Assembly (NCBI GenBank): GCA_965117045.1
Contig: OZ220749.1
Coordinates: 1,896,105-1,960,104, forward strand
Direction of reading: 5' to 3'
Source: a bacterium
GTDB taxonomy: Bacteria > JAAXHH01
Length of the DNA: 64,000 nucleotides
Shown here: piece after piece, positions 26,149 through 34,689 of the stretch
Position numbering within the stretch: position 1 is the stretch's first letter
Layout of the letters: every line of letters begins with the position of its first letter
Made by a program: the position numbers and the translations under genes
The notes under the pieces: generated by a model
Seen by the model: only the letters and a program-made list of their open reading frames with translations
The model's database searches: none
What the model was told of the DNA's origin: nothing

Positions 26149-27067
26149 CGGGAAAGCGTTCGTCGATCCCGCGGATGAGACCGTTGTAGGCCTCGCGGAA
26201 CTGCTGGGTGCCCGGGCCGATGGACCCGTCCCCGATGTCGTAGTTGTCGATCGAAGCGACCGGCGTGACTTCCGCGCCCGTCCCGCAAAGAAAGACCTCG
26301 TCGGCCGTATACAGTTCCGTGCGGTCAACCTCCCGTTCCACGACCGGCATCCCGATGATGTCCCGCCCGATCCTCAATATGGTATCCCGGGTGACGCTCA
26401 CCAGGATATCGGCCGTGACCGGCGGGGTGATAAGGACGCCGTCCTGGATCATCATCAGGCAAGCGCCGGGCGCTTCACAGACCTTGCCGCGGTTGTTCAG
26501 CATGATCGTTTCGTCGAAGCCCTTCAGCGTGGCGTCGGTCCACGCGATGGCGCTGTTGCGGTAGTTGGCCCAGCACTTGATGCGGGCCGGGAGCGTGTTG
26601 TCCGAAATGCGCGTCCAGGAGCTGACCGAGCACCGGGCGCCGTCCTTTCTGCGCAGGTTGGAGCCGTAGGCAAAGGTGTGGACGTAGACGTGGGCCGGCC
26701 CCGCCATCTTGTTGAGGTACACGTCCGGTGAGAAATACACGGTCGGGAAGATATAGACGTCCTCCCGGTACCGGTGGACCCGGCACAGCTCGAGGGAACC
26801 GTTCCACACGTCCTCCAGCGTGTACGGCGTTTCCATGCGCATCAGCTTGATCGACCGGTAAAGGCGATCCAGATGTTCCTTGAAACGGAAGACGAAGAGT
26901 TTTTCCTGGTCGTCGTTCCAATAGGCCCGGATCCCCTCGAAAATGGCGTGGGCGAATATATGTCCCTGCGTAACATGCACCGTACCCTGGTCCCAGGGGA
27001 TCTGCTCCCCGTCCAGCCAGATGTACTTTGAATGATCCTCGCCCCACATTTTCGTCTTCTTGGCCAT
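26114..27067 (-). CDS. ilvE: Branched-chain amino acid aminotransferase
   Basis: Start MAKKTKMWGEDHSKYIWLDGEQIPW... PLP fold-type IV signatures FEGIRAY, ...NRGKVCEAPGACLMMI..., LCGTGAEV. Confidence 0.9.
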   Translation of the reverse strand: MAKKTKMWGEDHSKYIWLDGEQIPWDQGTVHVTQGHIFAHAIFEGIRAYWNDDQEKLFVFRFKEHLDRLYRSIKLMRMETPYTLEDVWNGSLELCRVHRYREDVYIFPTVYFSPDVYLNKMAGPAHVYVHTFAYGSNLRRKDGARCSVSSWTRISDNTLPARIKCWANYRNSAIAWTDATLKGFDETIMLNNRGKVCEAPGACLMMIQDGVLITPPVTADILVSVTRDTILRIGRDIIGMPVVEREVDRTELYTADEVFLCGTGAEVTPVASIDNYDIGDGSIGPGTQQFREAYNGLIRGIDERFPEWRTDVPLQPA

Positions 27068-27130
27068 GCCCTTGCCCCTTATGTATAGTCGAACAGTCGA
27101 TTCGTGATCCGGAGCCACCGCGTCCCGCCG

Positions 27131-27222
27131 ATTCCGCCCGCGCCGGTTCCCCCGCGCCGACGACCGCGTCCGGCCAATTCCGCCCGCACCCGTTTCCCGC
27201 GCCGACGACCGCCGCTACGCCC
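27131..27222. repeat. Imperfect 46-bp x2 tandem duplication spanning the stop of the 96-aa ORF
   Basis: attccgcccgcgccggttcccccgcgccgacgaccgcg... (27131-27176) versus attccgcccgcacccgtttcccgcgccgacgaccgccg... (27177-27222). Confidence 0.75.
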
Positions 27223-27505
27223 GGTCCGGGCCGGGCCGGTCCCGCACCCCGGCATTCCGCATCTCGTCCACGCGCGCCCGCCAGGCGTATTCCTCCTGAC
27301 CGAGGACCTCCACCTGCCGGCACGACATGCACCACTGCAGGATCACCGGCTCGTCATCCCGGGAAACCGTGCGTATGGATACCCAGAACTCGACGCCGTG
27401 GGGGCAGCCCGCCCGGGTCCGCTGGAATTCGGGCAGGATGTGATGGACCTTGTCGCCCGCCGGCGCCAGGCCGACCAGGGTTTCATCATAGGGACGGATA
27501 GGCAT
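27215..27505 (-). CDS. Hypothetical small Cys/His-containing protein
   Basis: 96 aa. Strongly G/C-ending codons like the bona fide genes here. Contains GCPHG and CMSC (a possible metal site). No family recognised. Confidence 0.5.
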   Translation of the reverse strand: MPIRPYDETLVGLAPAGDKVHHILPEFQRTRAGCPHGVEFWVSIRTVSRDDEPVILQWCMSCRQVEVLGQEEYAWRARVDEMRNAGVRDRPGPDRA

Positions 27506-27726
27506 GCTCGTCGATCCGGAAATGGTGCAAAACGGACGTGAATACGGTGTACGTGAACGCTGTGTAATGTATGGATCCGGGCGGCGGTCCTGTCAAGGGA
27601 TATCCCGTCGCGAAGGGGCGGCGCGGGAACAACCGGATTCACCTTGACCGTACGCGCCGCCCATGGTTATTCTAACCGGCGGAACCAGGCCCTTGACACC
27701 GTCTTGATCAGCACAGGATTCCGGGA

Positions 27727-28701
27727 GTGAAAATGGTCCACCACTTCGAACCCGTTCGCTATCATACCACCATGGGATCCCATGAACCCGTCCTGCGCGT
27801 GAAGGACGGGGATACGGTCGTCACGTCGACGGTCGACGCCCGGGGGAAGGACCGCTCCGACACGCCCGTGACGCCTCGGGGCAATCCGCAGACGGGACCC
27901 TTTCACGTCGAAGGCGCCGAACCGGGCGACACGCTCGCCGTGCACCTGGACCGGCTTGCGCCCAACCGCCCCTGCGGCTGGACCCGCCCGCTCGTGGCGC
28001 CCAACGTGCTCGATCCCGATTACGTGCGGGAGACCGCGGGGGAGATCGAAAGCCGGGACGACCTCTGCCGCTGGGAGGTGGACGTCGAGCAAAGGACGGT
28101 CACGCTGGTCGAACCGGACGACACCCGGCTCGGACGGATGTCCCTGCCCCTGGCGCCCATGACGGGTTGCTTCGGCGTGGCGCCGGACAAGGGCCAGTCG
28201 ATCTCTACGGCCACGTCCGCCAGCCACGGCGGAAATATGGACTACCGGGGATTCGTGGAAGGCGTCACCGCCTACTTCCCCGTATTTACTTCCGGCGCCC
28301 TGTTCCACATCGGCGACGGCCACGCGGTGCAGGGGGACGGAGAGATCGTCGGCACGGGCGTCGAGATCTCTTTCGACGTGCAGTTCACCTTCAGGGTGCT
28401 CAAGGGAAAGCCAAGCGCATGGCCCCGGGGCGAGAACGCGGAGTATATTTTCACGGCAGGCAACGCCCGGCCCCTCGACCAGTGCGTCCAGCACGCGACC
28501 ACCGAAATGCTGCGCTGGCTGCAGGCCGACTACGGTCTCGATCCCAGGGCGGCGCACACGCTGCTCGGCCAGTGCGTCGAGTACGACATGGGAAACGTGT
28601 TCGATCCCGCCTATACCATGGTGTGCAAGGTCAGGAAAGACCTGCTCCGCGGCCTGGGTATCGACACCCGGTCGGTACACGACGAGTTGGCGGGAGCCTG
28701 A
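27727..28701 (+). CDS. Acetamidase/formamidase family protein
   Basis: 324 aa. GPFHVEGAEPGDTLAVHLDRL..., GGNMDY and GDGHAVQGDGE are typical of the FmdA/AmdA family. The start may be GTG 27727 or ATG 27733. Confidence 0.88.
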   Translation: MKMVHHFEPVRYHTTMGSHEPVLRVKDGDTVVTSTVDARGKDRSDTPVTPRGNPQTGPFHVEGAEPGDTLAVHLDRLAPNRPCGWTRPLVAPNVLDPDYVRETAGEIESRDDLCRWEVDVEQRTVTLVEPDDTRLGRMSLPLAPMTGCFGVAPDKGQSISTATSASHGGNMDYRGFVEGVTAYFPVFTSGALFHIGDGHAVQGDGEIVGTGVEISFDVQFTFRVLKGKPSAWPRGENAEYIFTAGNARPLDQCVQHATTEMLRWLQADYGLDPRAAHTLLGQCVEYDMGNVFDPAYTMVCKVRKDLLRGLGIDTRSVHDELAGA

Positions 28702-28755
28702 CCAGCGGACGACAAGGACAATTGCGAAGCCTGACCGGACCGGCCGACTGAACGG

Positions 28756-28789
28756 CCGGCTGACCGGCCCGACCGGCTGACCGGCCCGA
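28756..28789. repeat. 17-bp x2 tandem repeat just downstream of the formamidase stop
   Basis: ccggctgaccggcccga occurs twice in tandem, embedded in a wider ctgaccgg-rich tract (28720-28800). Confidence 0.8.
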
Positions 28790-28833
28790 ACAGCCCGAGG
28801 CGCGCCGGCCAATCGCATAGAACGGAGCGTATC

Positions 28834-29582
28834 ATGATCAGACTCGAGGGACAGGTGGCCTGGATCACCGGCGCGGGCACTGGCATCGGACGCGGTATTG
28901 CGCTGGCCCTGGCCCGGGAAGGTGCGGACGTGATTCTTTCCAGCCGGCGGCGCGAGCCCCTTGCAGATGTCGCCGGAGAGGTTGAGGCCGCGGGACGTCG
29001 TGCGGCGATTGCCCCCATGGACGTGACCGACCGGGATCAGATCGACGCGGCGATGGCCCCAGCCGTCGATCAACTGGGTACCGTGTCGATCCTGGTCAAC
29101 AACGCGGGCGTCAATACGCCCCTGCGCACGGCAACGGAAATGGCGGTGGAGGATTGGGACCGCGTGGTGGACATCAATCTCACGGGCGCGTTCAACTGTT
29201 TCCGCGCGGTCTACGAATCCATGAAGGCGCGGGGCGCAGGCACCGTCATCAACGTCGCGTCCATGGCCGGACGCCAGGTGTCCCTCCTCGGCGGGGCCGC
29301 CTACTGCGCGTCCAAGCACGGCATGGTGTCGCTGACCCATTCGATCAACCTGGAAGCCGCCGATTCGGGCTCCGCGCCAGCGCCATCCTGCCCGGCGAGG
29401 TGAAGACGCCCATCCTTAAAAACCGGCCGCAGCCCGTTTCGGAGAAGCGCCTGTCCCTGATGCTCACCCCCGAAGACATCGCCGACACCGTCGTTTTCGT
29501 CCTGTGCCAGCCCGCCCGCGTGGTCATACCCGAAATGTGGGTCATGCCCGCCTACCAGGTATCGGCCCAACCCCTTCCCTGA
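28834..29582 (+). pseudogene. SDR-family oxidoreductase interrupted by a 1-nt frameshift near 29371
   Basis: Frame A (28834-29403) has TGAGTGIGRG, NNAG and YCASKHG, then ...NLEAADSG followed by garbage and a stop. Frame B continues with (I/L)RASAILPGEVKTPIL... through 29582. Joining the two needs one extra base between 29370 and 29373, which would restore the SDR GIR..I.PG block. Confidence 0.8.
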
Positions 29583-29687
29583 TACCACCGGCCGGTGCGC
29601 CGAAGAACCTCACCGGGACGCCTCGGCGCGGCATGCCGAGACACAGCGGCACGGCGCTTCAGGACGCCCGGATGCCCGGTTTAACGT

Positions 29688-29716
29688 TTGACAGCAACCG
29701 GGCCCTGGCGTAATTT
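29688..29716 (+). promoter_or_regulatory. Putative sigma-70 promoter upstream of the first sigma-54 activator gene
   Basis: TTGACA (29688-29693), 17-nt spacer, TAATTT (29711-29716). Confidence 0.55.
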
Positions 29717-29806
29717 CGAGTGGACGCCGAATCGGAAGAATATCCGGAAGCGGCCGCCCGGCATGAAGCCCCGTCAACCTGACCCTTGCCTTTCGACCCG
29801 CGTACC

Positions 29807-31462
29807 ATGAACAGTCCGACAGAATCGGTCATCCTGCTGGTTGAAGGTTCCTCCCGCGGCCGGCACGAGAAACTCCACGGCCTGACCCAGCGGGATCACC
29901 GCGTGATCGCCGTGGAGAACAGCGACCAGGCGCTCAATGTCCTGGCGGCGGAATCTCCGAGCGTCATCATTTCGGATCTGAATGCCCCCGGTATAGACGG
30001 ACTGCGCCTGATGGGCATCGCCCTGGGCAGGAATCCCGAGGTGGGCGTCATTCTGATGACGGACCCCGGTTCCATGGGCCTGGCCGTAGCGGCTATGAAG
30101 GAGGGGGCGTACGACGTACTCGAGAATCCCGTGTACGTGGAGAAGCTCGCGGCGGAAATCGAGAAGATCCTGGACCGCCAGCGCATCGTGCAGGAAAAAC
30201 AGGAGCTGCTGCACCAGCTCGACACCCGGTACGGATTCGAGAACATCGTGGGACGGTCCGCGTCCATGCAGCGCATCCGGGAGCAGATCCTCCAGATCGC
30301 CGATACCCAGTCCACGGTACTCATCTTCGGCGAGAGCGGCACGGGCAAGGAACTGGTGGCCCACGCCCTCCACCACGGAAGTTCCCGGCGGAATAGTTCC
30401 TTTGTGCCGGTCTTCTGCAATGCCCTGTCGGAAGGGGTGATCGAGAGCGAACTGTTCGGCCACGAGAAAGGCGCCTTCACGAACGCGGTCAAGACCTACC
30501 GGGGGCGGTTCGAACTGGCCGACGGCGGCACGCTCTTCCTCGACGAGGTGGGCGAACTCTCGCCTTCCACCCAGGTGAAGTTGCTGCGCGTCCTCCAGGA
30601 ACGCAAGTTCCAGCGGGTAGGCAGCGGGAACTGGCTGCAGACCGACACCCGGGTCGTCGCGGCGACGAACCGCGACCTCGAAGCCGAGATCGAAAGCGGA
30701 CGCTTCCGGGAAGACCTCTATTACAGGCTGCGCGTGGTGACCCTTTCCCTGCCGCCCCTGCGGGAACGGAAAGAGGATCTCCCCCTGCTGATCGACCACT
30801 GCATCCGCCGGTTCGGCGAACGGGAGAAGAAGCCGATCGAGCGTATCGACCCGCAGGCCCTGGAACTGCTGTCCACCTACCACTGGCCGGGGAACGTGCG
30901 TCAACTGGAGAACTGCATCGAGGGCATGATCGTCATGGGAACGGGGAAGGCCCTGACCGTGGCGGACGTCCCGGAGTTCATACGGCATACCCGGCCCGAA
31001 CAGGCGGCGGTCCCGCTGAACGAAGAACCGGACCGGCCGGACGACCTGTCGCCGGACTTCATCCGCTACCTGGCCGGGAAAATCGCCGAACAGCGCAACG
31101 TGCCCGTTCGGCCCATCACCGACCGGGCCCTGGACGTACTGGCCGCCATAGACTGGTCGGCGGACGGCGCGTCGCTGCGACGCTGCCTGGAAACCATGGT
31201 ATTGCTCGCCGACGGGGACGGGCTGGACGTGGAGGACATCCCCGCGGAATTCCTGCCGGAACGGTCGGGCCATTCCGCGCCGGACGGCGAGGACGAAGAC
31301 GGGGTGGACATCCGGGTGGGCATGACGATGAAGGAAGGCGAACGGAGACTGATCGCCGCGACCCTGGCCGCCTGCGGACGGAACAAGGCGCAGACCGCCC
31401 GGGTCCTGCGGATCGGACAGCGCACCCTCTTTCGGAAGATCAAGGCCTATCACCTGGAGTAG
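29807..31462 (+). CDS. Sigma-54-dependent response regulator (receiver + AAA+ + Fis-type HTH; NtrC family)
   Basis: Receiver domain with VIISDLNAPG. AAA+ domain with GESGTGKE, ESELFGHEKGAFTNA and an R-finger region. C-terminal HTH AQTARVLRIGQRTLFRKIK. The ATG at 29807 is preferred over the TTG at 29786. Confidence 0.9.
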   Translation: MNSPTESVILLVEGSSRGRHEKLHGLTQRDHRVIAVENSDQALNVLAAESPSVIISDLNAPGIDGLRLMGIALGRNPEVGVILMTDPGSMGLAVAAMKEGAYDVLENPVYVEKLAAEIEKILDRQRIVQEKQELLHQLDTRYGFENIVGRSASMQRIREQILQIADTQSTVLIFGESGTGKELVAHALHHGSSRRNSSFVPVFCNALSEGVIESELFGHEKGAFTNAVKTYRGRFELADGGTLFLDEVGELSPSTQVKLLRVLQERKFQRVGSGNWLQTDTRVVAATNRDLEAEIESGRFREDLYYRLRVVTLSLPPLRERKEDLPLLIDHCIRRFGEREKKPIERIDPQALELLSTYHWPGNVRQLENCIEGMIVMGTGKALTVADVPEFIRHTRPEQAAVPLNEEPDRPDDLSPDFIRYLAGKIAEQRNVPVRPITDRALDVLAAIDWSADGASLRRCLETMVLLADGDGLDVEDIPAEFLPERSGHSAPDGEDEDGVDIRVGMTMKEGERRLIAATLAACGRNKAQTARVLRIGQRTLFRKIKAYHLE

Positions 31463-31483
31463 CGTCAGCCAAGGAGTCCCGGT

Positions 31484-33127
31484 TTGGAAGGTCGGTCGAT
31501 ACTGGTCGTCGACGGTGAAACGGACAGCCGGCGTCACGCGGCGGACATCCTGCGGAATGCGGGATACGACGTGATGGAGACCGTCGCCGCGGCCGAGGCG
31601 TTGCGCGCGGCGAGGACGGACCCGCCTGATGTCGTCCTCGTCGATCTCGCCCTGAGCGACGCCGATCCGGAGCAACTGATACGCACCCTATTGGCGAAGT
31701 ACCCCGACACCGACATCATGCTCACCACCCGGCAGCACGAGCCACCCCGGCCGTACCGCCAGCTGGACGTCAGCGACTACATCGAAAAGCCCGTCGACGC
31801 CGGGGAACTGCTCACGAAAATGCGCATGCTGGACCTCCGGCGGGAGTTCCAGCAGCGGTTCCAGCTCCTGGGAAGGGACGAGCGCTTCATCGCCGCCATG
31901 GAATCCGTGCTCCAGGTGGCGCCCACGGGGATCCAGGTCCTGCTCACGGGAGAAAGCGGCACCGGCAAGGAGGGATTCGCCCGGGCGATCCATCATTTCA
32001 GCGACCGGCGCGACGGTCCGTTCATTCCCATCAACTGCGGCGCCATCGCCGAAGGGGTGCTGGAGAGCGAACTGTTCGGCCACGAAAAAGGCGCCTTCAC
32101 GGACGCCAAGGGCCAGCGGAAGGGATACTTCGAACAGGCGAACGGCGGCACGCTGCTCCTCGATGAAATCGGCGACATGCCCCGTGCGACACAGGTAAAG
32201 CTGCTGCGCGTCCTGGAGCAGCAGGAGTTCATCCGCGTCGGCGGTTCGACCCCGGTGAGGACCGACGTCCGCCTCATCGCGTCCACCAACCGGGACCTGT
32301 CCGGAGACATCCAGGACGGTACGTTCCGCCAGGACCTGTACTACCGGCTCAACGCCGTGCACATCCATCTGCCCGCCCTGCGGGAACGCCGCGACGACAT
32401 CCCCCGGCTGATCAGCCACTTCATACGGAACGCCCCCGGGAAGCCCGGCGCGCCGCCGCCCTTGTTCACGGAGGAAGCCCTGGCGGCCCTCTCCGATTAC
32501 GCGTGGCCGGGCAACATACGGGAACTGCGTCACCTTGTCGAATCACTGGTGGTGACTTCCGGCAAGGCCAGGGTCGACGCGGAGGACCTGCCGGACAGCA
32601 TCTACACGCCGCCCATGGCGAACCGGACCCTGCCGGTCCCGCAGAACCGCAACCCGCAGGACATGGACCGCGAGATGTTCTACAAGATCCTCTGGCAAAT
32701 CCTGACCGCCATCCACGAACTCCCGTCCAAGATCTCCTCGGCCCTCGGACGGGGTCCCGAACCGATTCCCGATCGATTTCAGCTTCCGCCCCCCTCGGAC
32801 GCGGAGCAGGACCTTGAAACGCCCTCATCAGCGGCCGCACAGTACTTCGACCCGCCAGCCGTAGACACGACACCGCATGTCGAGCCGCCCCACGACGAAG
32901 CAGGGCCGGGTTTCGAAGGGCCGGACAAGGTGGTGACGGGCAATGCGGAGACGGGCACCGATGATCTGGACCGGCTGCGTTCCATGGAAGACTGGGAGCG
33001 GGAGGCCATACGGCGCGCGCTCGAGCGGAACGGAGGACACCGTGGCAAAGCCGCGCAGGAGCTCGGTATCAGCGAGCGGTCCGTCTACCGCAAGATCAGG
33101 GACTACGGCCTGGACGAATACGCCTGA
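31484..33127 (+). CDS. Sigma-54-dependent response regulator (second, paralogous NtrC-family activator)
   Basis: 547 aa. Receiver (VVLVDLALSD), AAA+ (GESGTGKE, ESELFGHEKGAFTDA), long low-complexity linker, C-terminal HTH AAQELGISERSVYRKIR. TTG start. Confidence 0.9.
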   Translation: MEGRSILVVDGETDSRRHAADILRNAGYDVMETVAAAEALRAARTDPPDVVLVDLALSDADPEQLIRTLLAKYPDTDIMLTTRQHEPPRPYRQLDVSDYIEKPVDAGELLTKMRMLDLRREFQQRFQLLGRDERFIAAMESVLQVAPTGIQVLLTGESGTGKEGFARAIHHFSDRRDGPFIPINCGAIAEGVLESELFGHEKGAFTDAKGQRKGYFEQANGGTLLLDEIGDMPRATQVKLLRVLEQQEFIRVGGSTPVRTDVRLIASTNRDLSGDIQDGTFRQDLYYRLNAVHIHLPALRERRDDIPRLISHFIRNAPGKPGAPPPLFTEEALAALSDYAWPGNIRELRHLVESLVVTSGKARVDAEDLPDSIYTPPMANRTLPVPQNRNPQDMDREMFYKILWQILTAIHELPSKISSALGRGPEPIPDRFQLPPPSDAEQDLETPSSAAAQYFDPPAVDTTPHVEPPHDEAGPGFEGPDKVVTGNAETGTDDLDRLRSMEDWEREAIRRALERNGGHRGKAAQELGISERSVYRKIRDYGLDEYA

Positions 33128-33233
33128 TCCTCGCCGGTGATTCGCTTTGCGAAAATGCTTGACAAATCGCCCGTGAAACACCGAATTTGGCTGGGAGCGA
33201 ATTACATACATCACCGTGAAAGGAGCAGAGATA

Positions 33234-33557
33234 GTGGGACAGCCTACAGCGATTACGGACGATCAATTCGAATCCGAGGTCATTAACAGCAGCACGCCGG
33301 TACTGGTCGATTTCTGGGCGGAATGGTGCGGACCCTGCAAGGCCGTCGCGCCCACGCTGGTGGAGCTCGCGGGCGATTACGACGGACGCCTGAAAGTCGT
33401 CAAGGTCGACGTGGACGAGAACCGGGAAGCGGCCACCCGATTCGGCATTCGGAGCATTCCGAGTCTCCTGATCTTCAAGGACGGCGCCGAAGTGGACCGG
33501 ATCATCGGTGCGCTCCCCAAGCAGCAACTCGCCGAAAAGATCGACGGCCACCTGTAA
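33234..33557 (+). CDS. trxA: Thioredoxin
   Basis: WAEWCGPCK active site. The GTG at 33234 is preceded by AAGGAG at an 8-nt spacing and gives a 107-aa protein. Confidence 0.92.
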   Translation: MGQPTAITDDQFESEVINSSTPVLVDFWAEWCGPCKAVAPTLVELAGDYDGRLKVVKVDVDENREAATRFGIRSIPSLLIFKDGAEVDRIIGALPKQQLAEKIDGHL

Positions 33558-33656
33558 TCAGGCGGGCCGGGCGGACTGGCCGGACCTGGCGCTACCATCC
33601 GTCGCCGGGCGGGCCGGGCGAGGCTTGATGAACGTGGGACGGACATTCGACGAAAG

Positions 33657-33690
33657 CCGGGAAGGCCGATCATCGCTCTCCCGGTTTTTT
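33657..33690 (+). terminator. Possible intrinsic terminator after trxA
   Basis: CCGGGA (33657-33662) pairs with TCCCGG (33679-33684) and is followed by TTTTTT (33685-33690). The stem is short and the loop is long. Confidence 0.35.
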
Positions 33691-33762
33691 GTATGGGTTC
33701 CGGCCGGGTATCCGGCCGGCGCCGGACAGCAGGCCGACACCGGGGAAACCGGAGACCAGGGC

Positions 33763-34674
33763 ATGTTAGGTGTCGTACGCAGACTGAGAGATGGACTTGC
33801 CAAAACGCGGGACGGGCTGGCGCGCCGGATCCACCAGGCCGTGGGCCGGTATGACCGTATCGACGAGGACCTGCTGGAGGAAATCGAAGCCATCCTGCTG
33901 CAGACCGACGTGGGCGTGGAAACGACCCTGCGGATCATCGACGGACTGCGGGACCGCGCGGTCGACCGACGGACCCGGAATCCCGAAGACCTCATGGATC
34001 TGCTTCGCGAGGAGATGACGGGCATCCTGGGCGATACGCAGGCGCCTGATTCGGAAACGCGGCCCCGGGTCATCATGATCGTGGGGGTCAACGGTTCGGG
34101 CAAGACCACGACCGCCGGGAAGATGGCGGCCCGTTACGCCGGGGAAGGGAAGAAAGTCCTGATCGCCGCGGCCGATACCTTTCGGGCGGCGGCGATCGAC
34201 CAGCTGGAAGTCTGGGCGCGACGCGCGGAGGCGGACTTCATCCGGCACCAGCATGGATCCGATCCCTCGGCCGTGGTCTACGACGCCATGCAGGCCGCCG
34301 CAGCCCGGGAGGTGGACGTGGTCATCATCGACACGGCGGGCCGGCTGCACACCAGGGACAACTTGATGGAGGAACTGAAGAAGATCAAGCGCACCGCGGG
34401 CAAGCAGATGGACGGCGCGCCCCACGAGGTGCTGCTCGTGCTCGACGGGACCACGGGCCAGAACGCCCTCTCCCAGGCCCGCGTCTTCAGCGAAGCCCTG
34501 GGCGGCCTGACGGGTATCGCACTGACGAAACTGGACGGGACCGCACGGGGCGGCATCGTGTTCGCCATCGGCGTGCAGCTGGGCATCCCCGTCAAACTCA
34601 TCGGCGTGGGCGAAAACATCGAGGACCTGCAGGATTTCGACGCACCGGCCTTCGTGGACGCCCTTTTCAACTGA
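33763..34674 (+). CDS. ftsY: Signal recognition particle receptor FtsY (NG domain only)
   Basis: Start MLGVVRRLRDGLAKTRDGL. GVNGSGKTTT, DTAGR and TKLDGTARGG motifs. The upstream part of the 388-aa ORF is not FtsY-like. Confidence 0.92.
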   Translation: MLGVVRRLRDGLAKTRDGLARRIHQAVGRYDRIDEDLLEEIEAILLQTDVGVETTLRIIDGLRDRAVDRRTRNPEDLMDLLREEMTGILGDTQAPDSETRPRVIMIVGVNGSGKTTTAGKMAARYAGEGKKVLIAAADTFRAAAIDQLEVWARRAEADFIRHQHGSDPSAVVYDAMQAAAAREVDVVIIDTAGRLHTRDNLMEELKKIKRTAGKQMDGAPHEVLLVLDGTTGQNALSQARVFSEALGGLTGIALTKLDGTARGGIVFAIGVQLGIPVKLIGVGENIEDLQDFDAPAFVDALFN

Positions 34675-34689
34675 TTACGGGAGTATGCC

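Noticed and set aside
29583-29806. Search for sigma-54 promoters (TGGCAC-N5-TTGC) near the two EBP genes and in other intergenic regions.
   Set aside because: The only TGGCAC occurrences I saw (for example near 1086, 1212 and 24741) are inside coding sequences and lack the -12 GC element at the right spacing.
33159-33187. TTGACA upstream of trxA (and another at 27700 upstream of the formamidase), considered as promoters.
   Set aside because: No acceptable -10 hexamer (TAnnnT) lies at a 16-18 nt spacing, so these were not reported as features.
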